From Clostridia bacterium (lineage in GTDB: Bacteria; Bacillota; Clostridia; Oscillospirales; Acutalibacteraceae): DNA of 64,000 nt. The notes under the pieces are model-generated. The model did not search any database. It was given only the letters and a program-made list of their open reading frames with translations, and was not told the origin of the DNA. The stretch spans positions 5,373 through 69,372 of the forward strand of contig JAFXFC010000023.1 in assembly GCA_017513525.1 (NCBI GenBank), written 5' to 3'. Below are positions 1 to 10,898 of this stretch, piece by piece. A program made the position numbers and the translations under genes. Position 1 is the first letter of the stretch, and every line of letters starts with the position of its first letter.

Positions 1-1087
1 GTCTGCCGGAACGAATGCCGGGAATCATACCTGAGTTCTTTGCAAGGTTGTTAGCCATTTCTACGGGATTATACTGAATTGATGAATAGAAATATGCGAA
101 GAAGATTATGAGTAAGAAGTAGATGATTCCGTAAACCCAATGATCCGCTTTGAACCAACCGAAGAATGTTGTCCAGAAAGAATCTTCTGAAAGCTTATTG
201 GAAATAAACATTTCAATCGTGGGAGGAAGAGAAAGAATTGAGCTTGCGAAGATAACGGGAAGAACACCGGACATATTTACCTTGATCGGAATGTTGGAGC
301 TCTGACCGCCGTACATCTTACGGCCTACTACTCTCTTTGCATACTGAACAGGAATTCTGCGTTCACCTGCATCCATGAAGCAAATGTAGATAACCATTGC
401 TACAAGGCCTACAATTGCTAAAGGAGCAATGAGATAATACCATTTTCCTGTTGTCCACATTACCATTACAATATTGTATACGATATAGGGAAGTCTTGAA
501 ACAATACCGGCAAAAAGGATAAGAGAAATACCGTTTCCGATACCCTTTTCATTGATCTGTTCACCAAGCCACATAACAAGTGCGGAACCTGCAGTAAGAA
601 CAGAAACAACAACTAAACCCTGGAAAAATGCTCCGAAGCCTGTGTATGCTTTGCCGCTTGCATCAGGAGTAAGCATGCCCTGACTCCAAATGTAAACATA
701 GTAAGCAATACCCTGAAGGATTGCAAGACCTACTGTTACATAACGGGTAATGGCTGCCATCTTTTTACGGCCTTCCTCATCATGAGAAAGCTTTTCAAGA
801 GCCGGAATAGCAACAGCTAAAAGCTGAAGAATAATTGAAGCGTTAATATACGGTGTAATACCTAATGCAAAAACACGACCATAGTTAAATGCTTCACCGG
901 TCATCATTGAAAGATAGTTGAGGAAAGTACCGGTGTTGTCGCCTACAAGTCCGTTTTCACCAACGATGTTGATAAATGGAACAGGTATTGCGCAACCTAA
1001 TCTGAACAGGAAGAGAATGAACACTGTGTAAAGAATCTTTTTACGCAGATCAGCAATCTTCCATGCGTTAACCATAGTTTTAATCAT
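1..1087 (-). CDS. secY: Preprotein translocase subunit SecY, 5' portion (3' end lies beyond the left window edge)
   Basis: Reverse translation from ATG at 1087 reads MIKTMVNAWKIADLRKKILYTV. The frame at the window edge reads GMIPGIRSGR, the SecY IPGIRPG motif. It lies directly downstream of rplO, as in spc operons. It is absent from the ORF track because the window edge truncates it. Confidence 0.85.
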   Translation of the reverse strand, partial: MIKTMVNAWKIADLRKKILYTVFILFLFRLGCAIPVPFINIVGENGLVGDNTGTFLNYLSMMTGEAFNYGRVFALGITPYINASIILQLLAVAIPALEKLSHDEEGRKKMAAITRYVTVGLAILQGIAYYVYIWSQGMLTPDASGKAYTGFGAFFQGLVVVSVLTAGSALVMWLGEQINEKGIGNGISLILFAGIVSRLPYIVYNIVMVMWTTGKWYYLIAPLAIVGLVAMVIYICFMDAGERRIPVQYAKRVVGRKMYGGQSSNIPIKVNMSGVLPVIFASSILSLPPTIEMFISNKLSEDSFWTTFFGWFKADHWVYGIIYFLLIIFFAYFYSSIQYNPVEMANNLAKNSGMIPGIRSGR

Positions 1088-1139
1088 TCAAAAACACGCT
1101 CCTTCCTTTTCCGTTAAAAGTAAATATCAAAACAGGTTA

Positions 1140-1586
1140 TTATTCAATAACTTCAGCTGTGCCGCCTGCTGCTTCGATCTTTGCTTTTGCTTCTGCGGAA
1201 AAGGCGTGTGCCTTAACTGTGAACTTCTTTGTGAGTTCACCGTGTGCAAGGACCTTAATGCCGTCAAGTTCTTTCTTAACAAGACCTTTTTCGATGAGAG
1301 CTGCAGAATCAATTACTGCGCCGTCTTCAAAAGCTGCATCAAGAGCTGCTACATTAACAATAGCAATTTCCTTTGCGAAGATGTTATTGAAGCCTCTCTT
1401 GGGGAGTCTTCTCTGTAAGGGCATCTGACCGCCTTCAAAACCGGGATTCATACCACGGCCGGCTCTTGCCTTCTGACCCTTGTGACCCTTACCTGCGGTC
1501 TTACCCTGACCGGAAGCAGGTCCTCTGCCTATACGCTTAACCGGTCTGTTTGAACCGGGAGCAGGCGATAACTCGTGAATTTTCAT
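1140..1586 (-). CDS. rplO: 50S ribosomal protein L15 (uL15)
   Basis: 148 aa with a [22 protein letters not shown] motif. Position between rpmD and secY. Confidence 0.96.
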   Translation of the reverse strand: MKIHELSPAPGSNRPVKRIGRGPASGQGKTAGKGHKGQKARAGRGMNPGFEGGQMPLQRRLPKRGFNNIFAKEIAIVNVAALDAAFEDGAVIDSAALIEKGLVKKELDGIKVLAHGELTKKFTVKAHAFSAEAKAKIEAAGGTAEVIE

Positions 1587-1608
1587 AATTTAAGCATCCT
1601 TTCTGCTC

Positions 1609-1788
1609 TTAAGCTTCAGTAACTTCGAGAAGGAAACCGATTTTGTTTACCTTACCTTTGGTCTGAGCGTTGTCGGGCTGTACCGAAACGTCACCAATTT
1701 TACGAAGACCGAGTGACTGTGCTGTGGCAATCTGGTCTTTCTTGCAACCAATAAGGCTCTTTACGAGCTTAACCTTGATTTCTGCCAT
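1609..1788 (-). CDS. rpmD: 50S ribosomal protein L30 (uL30)
   Basis: 59-aa ORF below the track cutoff, found by hand: [33 protein letters not shown].... It sits between rpsE and rplO as expected. Confidence 0.9.
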   Translation of the reverse strand: MAEIKVKLVKSLIGCKKDQIATAQSLGLRKIGDVSVQPDNAQTKGKVNKIGFLLEVTEA

Positions 1789-1802
1789 TAGTACTTCACT
1801 CC

Positions 1803-2306
1803 TTATCCTAAAATTTCCTTAACTGTCTTTCCTCTTACAGCTGCTACTTCGTCAGCGTTACGAAGAAGTGAAAGTCCGTTAAGTGTTGCTCTTACTACGT
1901 TACAGGGGTTATTTGAACGAAGAGCTTTTGTTCTGATATCCTTAATACCAACTGTTTCAACAACGGCACGAACGGGACCGCCGGCGATAACGCCTGTACC
2001 GGGTGCTGCAGGCTTAAGAAGAACTACGCCTGCGCCGAACTTACCGATGATCTCATGAGGAATTGTGGTGCCTCTGAGAGAAACCTTCATAAGGTTTTTC
2101 TTTGCATCTTCAATGCCCTTACGGATAGCATCCGGAACTTCACCGGACTTGCCGAGACCGAAGCCGATTGTGCCCTTACCGTCGCCAACTACTACGAGAG
2201 CGGTGAACTTAGCGATACGACCACCCTTAACAGTCTTTGATACACGGTTAATGGCAACAACTCTCTCCTGTAACTCGTTATCTTTCTGTGTTTCAAACTT
2301 AGCCAA
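1803..2306 (-). CDS. rpsE: 30S ribosomal protein S5 (uS5)
   Basis: 167 aa with [27 protein letters not shown]. Operon order fits. Confidence 0.96.
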   Translation of the reverse strand: MAKFETQKDNELQERVVAINRVSKTVKGGRIAKFTALVVVGDGKGTIGFGLGKSGEVPDAIRKGIEDAKKNLMKVSLRGTTIPHEIIGKFGAGVVLLKPAAPGTGVIAGGPVRAVVETVGIKDIRTKALRSNNPCNVVRATLNGLSLLRNADEVAAVRGKTVKEILG

Positions 2307-2322
2307 AAGTCATTCCTCCTTC

Positions 2323-2682
2323 TTAGAACTTGAGGCCACCCTCACGGGCGCCTTCGGCCAAGCCCTGGACACGGCCGTGATAAATGTAACCGCCACGGTC
2401 AAATACGCATTCAACGATATTCTTCTCCGCAGCTCTCTGAGCTAATGCTAAGCCGACTTTCTTTGCGGCTTCTACGTTTCCGCCGTACTCTTCAAATGCC
2501 TTTTCAGCAGTTGATGCACTTGCAAGTGTTACACCCTTATCATCATCGATAAGCTGTGCATAGATGTGCTTGAGTGAGCGGAAAACATTAAGGCGAGGAC
2601 ACTCGGCAGTGCCGTGGATCTTGCCACGAACTCTCTTATGACGAGCCTGTCTTGCCTTTGCTGTGTTAGGTCTGTTAACCAT
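2323..2682 (-). CDS. rplR: 50S ribosomal protein L18 (uL18)
   Basis: 119 aa with [35 protein letters not shown]. Operon order fits. Confidence 0.96.
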   Translation of the reverse strand: MVNRPNTAKARQARHKRVRGKIHGTAECPRLNVFRSLKHIYAQLIDDDKGVTLASASTAEKAFEEYGGNVEAAKKVGLALAQRAAEKNIVECVFDRGGYIYHGRVQGLAEGAREGGLKF

Positions 2683-2700
2683 AAAAGTATCCTCCTATAA

Positions 2701-3246
2701 TTATTTGCCGCCCTTACCGGCTTTACCTTCTTTACGGCGAACAACTTCATCAACATACTTGATGCCCTTGCCCTTGTAGGGCTCGGGAGGACGAACGCCT
2801 CTGACCTCTGCTGCAAACTGGCCGACCTTCTGCTTGTCGTAACCGTTTACAATAATTTTGTTGGGAGCGGGAACTTCGATAGTAACACCTTCGGGAGGAG
2901 TCATAGTTACCTGATGTGAATAACCTACGTTAAGAACGAGGTCTTTGCCCTGAAGAGCACAACGGTAACCGATACCTACGATTTCGAGCTCTTTCTTGAA
3001 GCCGTTAGAAACGCCTTCGATCATGTTGGCAATAAGAGTTCTTGTAAGACCGTGAAGAGCTCTGTTCTCTTTCTGGTCATTGGGACGGGTAACTGTAACT
3101 ACGCCGCCGTCAAGAGTGATTGCCATATTGCTGTTAAATGTTCCGGTAAGTGTGCCTTTTGCACCTTTTACGGTTACATTGCTGCCGTCGATTGTAACGT
3201 CAACACCGGCCGGAACAGTAATGGGTAATCTACCTATACGTGACAT
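2701..3246 (-). CDS. rplF: 50S ribosomal protein L6 (uL6)
   Basis: 181 aa starting [17 protein letters not shown]. Operon order fits. Confidence 0.96.
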   Translation of the reverse strand: MSRIGRLPITVPAGVDVTIDGSNVTVKGAKGTLTGTFNSNMAITLDGGVVTVTRPNDQKENRALHGLTRTLIANMIEGVSNGFKKELEIVGIGYRCALQGKDLVLNVGYSHQVTMTPPEGVTIEVPAPNKIIVNGYDKQKVGQFAAEVRGVRPPEPYKGKGIKYVDEVVRRKEGKAGKGGK

Positions 3247-3261
3247 CCCTAATGTTCCTCC

Positions 3262-3660
3262 TTACCAAATGAATGCAAGGACTTCGCCGCCTACATTAGC
3301 TTTGCGTGCATCCTTATCTGTCATAATGCCCTTAGAAGTTGAGAGAATTGCAATGCCGAGGCCTTTCATAACCTTGGGCATATTCTCGCAGTCTGTATAT
3401 ATACGCAGACCGGGCTTTGAAACTCTGCGTAAGCCAAGAAGAACCTGGCTCTTGTTGGGACCGTACTTGAGAGCGATTTCGATAACGCCCTGCTTGCCGT
3501 CCTCAATTACCTTGAAACTCTTTATATAACCCTCGTCCACAAGAATCTGAGCTATAGCCTTCTTCATGTTTGAAGCAGGAACAGAAACTGTGTCATGCTT
3601 AGCAGAATTAGCGTTTCTTATTCTTGTAAGCATATCAGCGATGGGATCGGTAATCTGCAT
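3262..3660 (-). CDS. rpsH: 30S ribosomal protein S8 (uS8)
   Basis: 132 aa with [13 protein letters not shown]. Operon order fits. Confidence 0.96.
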   Translation of the reverse strand: MQITDPIADMLTRIRNANSAKHDTVSVPASNMKKAIAQILVDEGYIKSFKVIEDGKQGVIEIALKYGPNKSQVLLGLRRVSKPGLRIYTDCENMPKVMKGLGIAILSTSKGIMTDKDARKANVGGEVLAFIW

Positions 3661-3691
3661 ACCGTAAACCTCCTTTTGCTTTAAGCTCTAA

Positions 3692-3877
3692 TTACCAGCT
3701 AGCTTTCTTAACACCGGGAATCTGTCCGGCATGTGCAAGTTCTCTGAAGCAGATACGGCATACACCGTACTTACGCAAATAAGCGTGGGGTCTACCGCAA
3801 ATCTTGCATCTGTTATAAGCTCTGGTTGAATACTTAGCGGGTCTAGCCTGCTTAACTTTCATTGCTGTCTTTGCCAT
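3692..3877 (-). CDS. rpsN: 30S ribosomal protein S14, type Z (zinc-binding short form)
   Basis: 61 aa with [23 protein letters not shown] (CxxC...CxxC). Lies between rplE and rpsH. Confidence 0.95.
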   Translation of the reverse strand: MAKTAMKVKQARPAKYSTRAYNRCKICGRPHAYLRKYGVCRICFRELAHAGQIPGVKKASW

Positions 3878-3889
3878 TTTTACCCCTCC

Positions 3890-4429
3890 TTATTTTGCGA
3901 AGGGAGCGCCCATAAGTGAAAGGAGCTCTCTTGCTTCTTCATCAGTTGCAGCGGTTGTTACGATACAAATATCCATACCGCGAACCTTGTCGATCTTGTC
4001 ATACTCAATTTCAGGGAAAATGAGCTGTTCCTTTACGCCGAGAGAGTAGTTACCTCTGCCGTCGAAGGAGTTGGGGTTAATGCCTCTGAAGTCACGAACT
4101 CTGGGAAGAGCGAGATTGAAGAGTCTGTCAAGGAACTCATACATTTTTTCTCCTCTGAGAGTAACTTTAACACCGTTGGGCATACCCTCACGAAGCTTAA
4201 AGTTAGCGACTGATTTCTTTGCAAGGCAAACTACGGGCTTTTGTCCGGTGATCTTACCGATATCGCCTACGATAGCGTCAACTGCCTTGGGGTTATCACG
4301 TGCTTCACCGCAGCCAACATTGATAACTACCTTATCAATCTTGGGAATCTGCATAACACTCTTATAGTTGAATTTCTTCATGAGTGCGGGAGCAACGTCA
4401 GCAGTATACATTGTCTTAAGTCTTGCCAT
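3890..4429 (-). CDS. rplE: 50S ribosomal protein L5 (uL5)
   Basis: 179 aa with conserved uL5 sequence. Operon order fits. Confidence 0.96.
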   Translation of the reverse strand: MARLKTMYTADVAPALMKKFNYKSVMQIPKIDKVVINVGCGEARDNPKAVDAIVGDIGKITGQKPVVCLAKKSVANFKLREGMPNGVKVTLRGEKMYEFLDRLFNLALPRVRDFRGINPNSFDGRGNYSLGVKEQLIFPEIEYDKIDKVRGMDICIVTTAATDEEARELLSLMGAPFAK

Positions 4430-4448
4430 TTTTGTTGTCCTCCCTTAA

Positions 4449-4772
4449 TTACTCAATGTGTGCGCCGCACTTTTTGCAAACGCGAACTTTTTTACCTGCA
4501 TCATTAACTACATGGCCTACTCTTACTGCCTTGCCGCACTTGGGGCAAACGAGCTGAACCTTGTCAGCATAAAGAGCACTTTCAGCCTTAATGATGCCGC
4601 CTGCTTCGCCCATCTTTCTGGGCTTAACATGCTTTGAAACTACGTTGATACCTTCAACGATTACCTTGCCTTCGGAAGGAGAAACCTGCATAACCTTACC
4701 GGTCTTGCCTCTGTCCTTGCCGTTGATAACGATTACGGTATCGCCGGTTTTAACATGAACTTTCTTACTCAT
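4449..4772 (-). CDS. rplX: 50S ribosomal protein L24 (uL24), with an unusual CxxC...CxxC C-terminal segment
   Basis: 107 aa with a KOW-type N-terminus (VKTGDTVIVINGKDRGKTGKV). The C-terminus carries CPKC...CKKC. Confidence 0.95.
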   Translation of the reverse strand: MSKKVHVKTGDTVIVINGKDRGKTGKVMQVSPSEGKVIVEGINVVSKHVKPRKMGEAGGIIKAESALYADKVQLVCPKCGKAVRVGHVVNDAGKKVRVCKKCGAHIE

Positions 4773-4787
4773 TTTTCGCTCCTCCTA

Positions 4788-5156
4788 TTAAAGTACTTCG
4801 GGAGCGAGGCTGAGGATCTTGGAATAATCCTTATCACGAAGCTCTCTTGCTACCGGTCCAAAGATACGTGTACCTCTGGGGTTCTTATCTTCCTTAATAA
4901 TAACAGCTGCGTTTTCATCAAAACGGATGTATGTGCCGTCATCTCTTCTTACGCCCTTTGCAGAACGAACGATAACTGCCTTAACAACGTCACCCTTTTT
5001 AACAACGCCGCCGGGTGTAGCCTTCTTAACGGAAGCGACTACAACATCACCGATATTGGCATACTTTCTGCCTGTACCGCCAAGTACACGGATGCACATA
5101 AGCTCCTTAGCACCGGTATTATCGGCGACTTTGAGTAAAGTCTGTTGCTGAATCAT
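4788..5156 (-). CDS. rplN: 50S ribosomal protein L14 (uL14)
   Basis: 122 aa starting [17 protein letters not shown]. Confidence 0.97.
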   Translation of the reverse strand: MIQQQTLLKVADNTGAKELMCIRVLGGTGRKYANIGDVVVASVKKATPGGVVKKGDVVKAVIVRSAKGVRRDDGTYIRFDENAAVIIKEDKNPRGTRIFGPVARELRDKDYSKILSLAPEVL

Positions 5157-5168
5157 GAATGTGCCTCC

Positions 5169-5423
5169 TTATTTTGCTTTCTCGATGATTTCAACCACAC
5201 GCCATCTCTTATCCTTAGAAAGAGGACGGGTTTCCATCAATAATACACGGTCACCAATGCCGCATTCGTTCTTTTCATCATGAGCCTTAAGCTTGATTGT
5301 ATGGTTCACGATCTTCTTGTAAAGAGGATGTCTTACCTTGTCCTTAACGGAAACAACAACGGTCTTATCCATCTTATCGCTTGTTACAATGCCGACACGG
5401 GTCTTTCTTAAATTTCTTTCCAT
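5169..5423 (-). CDS. rpsQ: 30S ribosomal protein S17 (uS17)
   Basis: 84 aa. Operon order (rpmC-rpsQ-rplN) and conserved sequence. Confidence 0.95.
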   Translation of the reverse strand: MERNLRKTRVGIVTSDKMDKTVVVSVKDKVRHPLYKKIVNHTIKLKAHDEKNECGIGDRVLLMETRPLSKDKRWRVVEIIEKAK

Positions 5424-5442
5424 TTACGCTGTCCTCCCTGTC

Positions 5443-5646
5443 TTAAGCATCCTTGCCGTGAAGTTCTGCATCTCTGCGTACTGTGAGTACTCTTGCGATG
5501 TCCTTCTTAACGGCGCTGATACGCATGGGGTTGTCGAGCTGGTTGATGGCCTGCTGGAAGCGCAGCTTAAAAAGTTCATCCTTAAGTTCAAGGAGCTTAG
5601 CATCCAACTCCGCAGCGGACATCTTTCTGATTTCACTGGCTTTCAT
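5443..5646 (-). CDS. rpmC: 50S ribosomal protein L29 (uL29)
   Basis: 67 aa with ELKDELFKLRFQ. Follows rplP. Confidence 0.95.
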   Translation of the reverse strand: MKASEIRKMSAAELDAKLLELKDELFKLRFQQAINQLDNPMRISAVKKDIARVLTVRRDAELHGKDA

Positions 5647-6071
5647 TATGACTCACCACCCTGTTCTTCCTTAGTTACAAACTTACACTTAATGGGAAGT
5701 TTGTTTGCAGCAAGACGCATAGCTTCTCTTGCTACTACTTCGTCAACACCGGCGATTTCAAACATTACTCTGCCGGGCTTAACAACTGCTACCCAATATT
5801 CAGGTGAACCTTTACCTGAACCCATTCGGGTTTCAGCAGGCTTCTCTGTAATGGGCTTATCGGGGAATATCTTGATCCAAACCTGACCGCCACGCTTGAT
5901 ATATCTTGTCATAGCAATACGGGCTGCTTCAATCTGGTTTGAGGTGATCCATGCGGGCTCAAGAGCTACAAGGCCGAAATTGCCGTAAGTAACTTTATTG
6001 CCACGATGTGCAGCGCCCTTAAGGCGACCTCTCTGCTGTCTGCGGTATTTAACGCGCTTAGGCAATAACAT
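5646..6071 (-). CDS. rplP: 50S ribosomal protein L16 (uL16)
   Basis: 141 aa starting [16 protein letters not shown]. Confidence 0.97.
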   Translation of the reverse strand: MLLPKRVKYRRQQRGRLKGAAHRGNKVTYGNFGLVALEPAWITSNQIEAARIAMTRYIKRGGQVWIKIFPDKPITEKPAETRMGSGKGSPEYWVAVVKPGRVMFEIAGVDEVVAREAMRLAANKLPIKCKFVTKEEQGGES

Positions 6072-6073
6072 TT

Positions 6074-6745
6074 TTAAGCCCTCCTGTCTCTTCTTTTCTT
6101 AGGTGCTGATTCGTGAAGAACCTCACCTTTGTAGATCCAAACCTTTACGCCGATACGGCCGTAGGTTGTCTTAGCTTCAGCAAAACCGTAGTCAATATCA
6201 GCTCTGATTGTCTGAAGCGGAATAGTACCTTCTTTGTAAGTCTCGGAACGAGCAATTTCTGCACCGCCGAGTCTGCCGCCGCACTGAATCTTGATACCGG
6301 CTGCGCCAAGTCTCATTGTGCTGCCGATAGCCTGCTTTACTGCACGACGGAAGGAAACTCTCTTTTCAAGCTGCATAGCGATCTTTTCTGCTACGAGCTG
6401 AGAATTGAGGTCAGGCTGCTTGATTTCGATGATGTTGATGAATACATCCTTGTTTTCACCGAGCATCTTCTTGCAAGTTGCCTTGATCTTTTCGATTTCT
6501 GCGCCGCCTTTACCGATAACCATACCGGGCTTTGCGCAGTGGATATTGATGCGGACTCTCTTGGGGTCACGTTCAATTTCAATTTTGGGAACACCTGCGG
6601 AGTTAAGTGCCTTGAGGAGATACTCACGAACATTGTAGTCAGCTACGAGAGTTTCACCGAAAGTGGACTTTCCTGCATACCAGCGAGATTCCCAATCCTT
6701 AATGACACCGATTCTTAAACCGGTAGGATTAATTTTCTGTCCCAT
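6074..6745 (-). CDS. rpsC: 30S ribosomal protein S3 (uS3)
   Basis: 223 aa starting [13 protein letters not shown], with a KH domain. Confidence 0.97.
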   Translation of the reverse strand: MGQKINPTGLRIGVIKDWESRWYAGKSTFGETLVADYNVREYLLKALNSAGVPKIEIERDPKRVRINIHCAKPGMVIGKGGAEIEKIKATCKKMLGENKDVFINIIEIKQPDLNSQLVAEKIAMQLEKRVSFRRAVKQAIGSTMRLGAAGIKIQCGGRLGGAEIARSETYKEGTIPLQTIRADIDYGFAEAKTTYGRIGVKVWIYKGEVLHESAPKKRRDRRA

Positions 6746-6766
6746 TGTTTAATTCCTCCTCCCCGA

Positions 6767-7102
6767 TTATTCCATTTCCTTGAGTACAAGGTTGATGTGT
6801 GATGTCTTCTTGTTTATTCTGAATGCTCTGCCGTGAGCTCTGGGTCTTATTCTCTTAAGAGTGGGACCCTGAGAAACAGAACACTCTGCAACATAAAGTC
6901 TGGATACATCCATATCATAGTTGTTTTCCGCATTAGCCATTGCGGACTTAAGAAGCTTTGCAACAGGTTCACAAGCTGCCTTGGGTGTGAACTTAAGGAT
7001 TGCCATAGCTTCTTCAGCGGGCTTATTTCTTATAAGGTCAAGAACTATCTGAACCTTACGGGGAGCTATACGCTCAAAAGTCGCTTTTGCTCTTGCTTCC
7101 AT
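6767..7102 (-). CDS. rplV: 50S ribosomal protein L22 (uL22)
   Basis: 111 aa. Operon order and conserved sequence. Confidence 0.95.
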   Translation of the reverse strand: MEARAKATFERIAPRKVQIVLDLIRNKPAEEAMAILKFTPKAACEPVAKLLKSAMANAENNYDMDVSRLYVAECSVSQGPTLKRIRPRAHGRAFRINKKTSHINLVLKEME

Positions 7103-7121
7103 TGTTTACACTCCTTTCGGC

Positions 7122-7403
7122 TTATTTACCGTTATTTGATGTCTTGGATCCTGCATGACCTTTGAAGGTTCTTGTAGGAGCAAATTCACCTAATTTGTGA
7201 CCAACCATATCTTCTGTTACATAAACCGGAACGTGCTTACGTCCGTCATGAACGGCAAAGGTGTGACCAACAAAATCAGGGAAGATTGTGGAGCTGCGGC
7301 TCCAGGTCTTAAGAACGATCTTTTCGCCCTTTTCATTCATTTTGATGACTCTTTCGAGAAGCTTAGGCTGCACGAAAGGTCCTTTTTTAACACTTCTACC
7401 CAT
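7122..7403 (-). CDS. rpsS: 30S ribosomal protein S19 (uS19)
   Basis: 93 aa starting [11 protein letters not shown]. Confidence 0.97.
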   Translation of the reverse strand: MGRSVKKGPFVQPKLLERVIKMNEKGEKIVLKTWSRSSTIFPDFVGHTFAVHDGRKHVPVYVTEDMVGHKLGEFAPTRTFKGHAGSKTSNNGK

Positions 7404-7423
7404 TATTTATTGCTCCTTTCCGC

Positions 7424-8257
7424 TTATTTAGCATTAGCGCGTCTTACGATAAGCTTATCGGAACGCTTATGCTTTGCACGAGTCTTATAACCAAGAGCGG
7501 GTTTACCCCAGGGGGTAACAGGGCCGGGACGACCGATGGGTGACTTACCTTCACCACCACCGTGGGGGTGATCACAGGGGTTCATAACTGAACCGCGGAC
7601 TGTGGGACGGATACCCATATGACGGGTACGACCTGCTTTACCGATCTTTACGTTGATGTGATCTTCGTTGCTTACTGTACCGATTGTTGCCATGCAATCA
7701 ACGGGAACATTACGAAGCTCACCTGAGGGAAGACGAAGGAGAGCATACTTTCCTTCTTTAGCCATAAGCTGTGCTGCGTTGCCTGCGCTTCTTGCAAGCT
7801 GACCGCCGCGGCCGGGATAGAGCTCTACGTTGTGAACAAAAGTACCTGTGGGGATGTTCACGAGAGGAAGAGCATTACCGATCTTAATATCAGCTGAGGG
7901 ACCTGCAACAACTGTATCTCCGACCTTGAGGCCTGAGGGAGCAATGATGTAGCTCTTTGTGCCGTCTTCATACTGAACAAGTGCAATAAATGCGGAACGG
8001 TTGGGATCGTATTCAAGAGTCTGTACAGTTGCGGGTAAATCGAACTTATTTCTCTTAAAGTCGATTATTCTGTACTTCTGACGGTTACCGCCGCCGTGAT
8101 GGCGAACAGTGATTCTGCCGTAGCTGTTTCTGCCGGAGGTCTTCTTAAGGGGTTCAAGAAGGCTTCTCTCGGGAGCTACCTTAGACAACTGAGTGTAGTC
8201 TGTTGTAGACATGTTACGGCGACCGTTTGTTGTCGGCTTATAGACTTTTATAGCCAT
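7424..8257 (-). CDS. rplB: 50S ribosomal protein L2 (uL2)
   Basis: 277 aa with the [19 protein letters not shown] motif. Confidence 0.97.
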   Translation of the reverse strand: MAIKVYKPTTNGRRNMSTTDYTQLSKVAPERSLLEPLKKTSGRNSYGRITVRHHGGGNRQKYRIIDFKRNKFDLPATVQTLEYDPNRSAFIALVQYEDGTKSYIIAPSGLKVGDTVVAGPSADIKIGNALPLVNIPTGTFVHNVELYPGRGGQLARSAGNAAQLMAKEGKYALLRLPSGELRNVPVDCMATIGTVSNEDHINVKIGKAGRTRHMGIRPTVRGSVMNPCDHPHGGGEGKSPIGRPGPVTPWGKPALGYKTRAKHKRSDKLIVRRANAK

Positions 8258-8356
8258 TTTATTTCACACGCCTTTCATATTGTTGAAAATATTGTGTTCG
8301 GTTTCCGGAGAGTTTAGCGGCCTGGCTAAACCATACATCGCTGTCCGGAAGGTCTA

Positions 8357-8653
8357 TTAGAACATACCGTCAAAGAACTCAATTGTCTTGGAGTCTTCTG
8401 TAAGTGTTACAACTGCCTTTTTCCATGAGGGCTTGAAGCCTTCGAAACGGCCGTAACGACGTAAATGACCACGAACATTCATTGTATTGACCTTTTCAAC
8501 CTTAACGCCGAAAAGCTCTTCTACTGCTTTTGCGATTTCAATCTTGTTAGCATCCTTGGCAACAACAAATGTATATTTCTTAAATGCTGTGCCCATCATG
8601 CTTTCTTCGGTAACTACCGGCTTGAGGATTATATCCTGTGCGAACTTACTCAT
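8357..8653 (-). CDS. rplW: 50S ribosomal protein L23 (uL23)
   Basis: 98 aa. Lies between rplD and rplB. Confidence 0.95.
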   Translation of the reverse strand: MSKFAQDIILKPVVTEESMMGTAFKKYTFVVAKDANKIEIAKAVEELFGVKVEKVNTMNVRGHLRRYGRFEGFKPSWKKAVVTLTEDSKTIEFFDGMF

Positions 8654-9276
8654 TATGCATAAACCTCCTCAATCTTTGCTACCGCATCCTTGAGAACTAC
8701 GATGCTGTCGCAGTTAAGGATGTCATAAACATTGAGAGTGTTAACGAATGTTACGTTTACACCTTCGATGTTACGAGCGCTGCGATAGATAACATCATTC
8801 TTTTCGGGAAGAACTATAAGGGTCTTCTTAGCAGCCTTAACAGCAGTGAGAACCTTTACAACTTCCTTTGTCTTAATGGCATCAAGTGTAAGAGCATCAA
8901 GAACGATCATTTCACTTGCTGCAACCTTAGAAGAAAGAGCTGACTTAAGAGCAAGTCTCTTAACCTTCTTGTTGATTTCAAATCTGTAGCTGCGGGGCTT
9001 GGGACCGTGAGCAATACCGCCGTGATACCACTGGGGAGCTCTTGTTGAACCCTGTCTTGCACGACCGGTTCCCTTCTGTCTCCAAGGCTTCTTACCGCCG
9101 CCTGATACTTCAGAACGAGTGAGGGTGGACTGAGTACCCTGACGCTGATTTGCAAGATAATTAACAACTGCGATGTGCATTGCAGATGTGTTGGGCTCGA
9201 TAGCAAAAATGCTTTCACAAAGCTCAAGCTCGGATACCTTTGCGCCAGCCATATTTAATACATCAATTTTAGGCAT
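8653..9276 (-). CDS. rplD: 50S ribosomal protein L4 (uL4)
   Basis: 207 aa with GGGKKPWRQKGTGRARQGS. Confidence 0.97.
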   Translation of the reverse strand: MPKIDVLNMAGAKVSELELCESIFAIEPNTSAMHIAVVNYLANQRQGTQSTLTRSEVSGGGKKPWRQKGTGRARQGSTRAPQWYHGGIAHGPKPRSYRFEINKKVKRLALKSALSSKVAASEMIVLDALTLDAIKTKEVVKVLTAVKAAKKTLIVLPEKNDVIYRSARNIEGVNVTFVNTLNVYDILNCDSIVVLKDAVAKIEEVYA

Positions 9277-9290
9277 CTTCTATTCCTCCC

Positions 9291-9926
9291 TTACGCTTTC
9301 TTAACGGCATTTGTGATAACAACATAACCGCCCTTAGCACCGGGAACAGCGCCCTTAACAGCGATGAGGTTGTTTTCTGCATCTACCTTAACTACGTCCA
9401 GATTCTGAACTGTAACCTTTTCAGCACCGAGATGACCGGGCATCTTCTTTCCCTTGAAAACTCTTGAGGGGTCGGAGCATGCGCCCATTGAACCCTGATG
9501 TCTTGCTACGGGACCGGTACCGTGTGTTTCTTTAAGTCTGCCGAAGTTCCATCTCTTGATAGCGCCGGCATAACCTTTACCTTTGCTTGTGCCGCTTACA
9601 TCTACCTTCTCACCTGCTGCGAAAATGTCAGCCTTGAGAATGTCGCCTACATTAACAGCGTCGATGTCTGCGAGTCTGAACTCCTTGAGAACTTTCTTGG
9701 GGGCAACATCAGCCTTTGCGAAGTGACCCTTCATGGGCTTGTTCACACGGCTTACCTTCATGTCGCCAAATCCGAGCTGAACAGCATTGTAGCCATCCTT
9801 CTCTGTTGTCTTCTTCTGTACGACTGCGCAAGGACCAACTTCAAGAACTGTTACGGGAATTACTATACCCTTTTCGCCAAAAAGCTGAGTCATGCCAATC
9901 TTCTTACCGATAAGACCTTTTTGCAT
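9291..9926 (-). CDS. rplC: 50S ribosomal protein L3 (uL3)
   Basis: 211 aa starting [16 protein letters not shown]. Confidence 0.97.
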   Translation of the reverse strand: MQKGLIGKKIGMTQLFGEKGIVIPVTVLEVGPCAVVQKKTTEKDGYNAVQLGFGDMKVSRVNKPMKGHFAKADVAPKKVLKEFRLADIDAVNVGDILKADIFAAGEKVDVSGTSKGKGYAGAIKRWNFGRLKETHGTGPVARHQGSMGACSDPSRVFKGKKMPGHLGAEKVTVQNLDVVKVDAENNLIAVKGAVPGAKGGYVVITNAVKKA

Positions 9927-10018
9927 TTTGTTTTTCCTCCTTCAGATTATTGGTCGGCTGTTGCCGACTTGACCTGCGGTGCTTGGCAATCTTAACGATT
10001 GTCTATAGCCAACCGAAA

Positions 10019-10333
10019 TTACATCATCTTAATTTCGATATCAACGCCGGCGGGAAGCTCAAGATTTGTCAGAGCTTCAGCTGTCTTTGCTGAGGGTCTG
10101 ATGATATCAATGAGTCTCTTGTGGGTTCTCTGCTCAAACTGTTCACGTGAATCCTTATACTTGTGAACAGCACGAAGGATAGTAACTACTTCCTTCTCTG
10201 TGGGAAGCGGAACGGGACCTGAAACCTGAGCGCCTGTACGCTTTGCTGTTTCAACGATTCTTTCCGCAGCTTTGTCTACGAGTGAATGATCGTAGCCCTT
10301 AAGTCTGATTCTGATTTTTTCCTTAACTGCCAT
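10019..10333 (-). CDS. rpsJ: 30S ribosomal protein S10 (uS10)
   Basis: 104 aa with [14 protein letters not shown]. First gene of the cluster. Confidence 0.97.
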   Translation of the reverse strand: MAVKEKIRIRLKGYDHSLVDKAAERIVETAKRTGAQVSGPVPLPTEKEVVTILRAVHKYKDSREQFEQRTHKRLIDIIRPSAKTAEALTNLELPAGVDIEIKMM

Positions 10334-10684
10334 GGGAACGCCTCCTTAGAAATTTGGCGGGCTGCTTAGTTGAAAATTTCTACACGGCGCCGGGTTGTTC
10401 GCGCCTTCCATTTTTTAAATCCGGAATATTCGCAAGCTATTCCGGACATAATATCAGAAATTTTCGCCGCAAAAGGGCATTGGAAATCCGGTTAAGGCAC
10501 AGATTTCCCCCTTGAACGGTCATACTTCGCCCGGTTTTTTAATCGGACATACTCCACGGAAATTCCCTACGTCATGCGTAGCCACCTTCCGTATCATCGC
10601 ACATCAGCCTGTGAAAAAAGGGCATAATTTACCCAATCCATTCAGGCACTCGTGTATTCTACCATATAATTCTGTAAAATGCAA
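10334..10684 (-). promoter_or_regulatory. S10-operon promoter plus a roughly 310-nt structured 5' leader
   Basis: On the minus strand, TTGCAT (10679-10684), a 17-nt spacer, then TAGAAT (10656-10661). Downstream are several hairpins seen by eye. One is ACGGAA...TTCCGT enclosing CTACG/CGTAG. Others are GAAATC/GATTTC, CCGGAATA/TATTCCGG and GGCGC/GCGCC. The last, TAGAAATTT/AAATTTCTA (10347-10382), abuts the AAGGAGG Shine-Dalgarno. Confidence 0.55.
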
Positions 10685-10898
10685 CAATTTTTTGAAAAAT
10701 TTTTCGTAAAATGTGCTGTTTTTTTTATAATTTTCACCAAGTGCATACATATTCATTTTCAGATGAATAATGACTGTATTTTCTGAATATTTATTTAATT
10801 TCTATTACACCGAGCCACTTATTTTCTTTTATTTCGTGCTTTTTATAAAAAAGTAAAACGACAAGATATTTTTAACACACGAAACCGGGCAAATCCTG

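Noticed and set aside
5338-6718. Long plus-strand ORFs (182 aa, 201 aa and others) across the ribosomal protein cluster
   Set aside because: They are antisense shadows of highly conserved minus-strand ribosomal protein genes. They have low-complexity translations and no RBS.
10512-10709. 65-aa plus-strand ORF inside the GC-rich region upstream of rpsJ
   Set aside because: It lies antisense within the predicted S10 leader and promoter. It has no RBS and an odd His/Pro/Phe-rich composition. The leader RNA on the opposite strand explains this region better.
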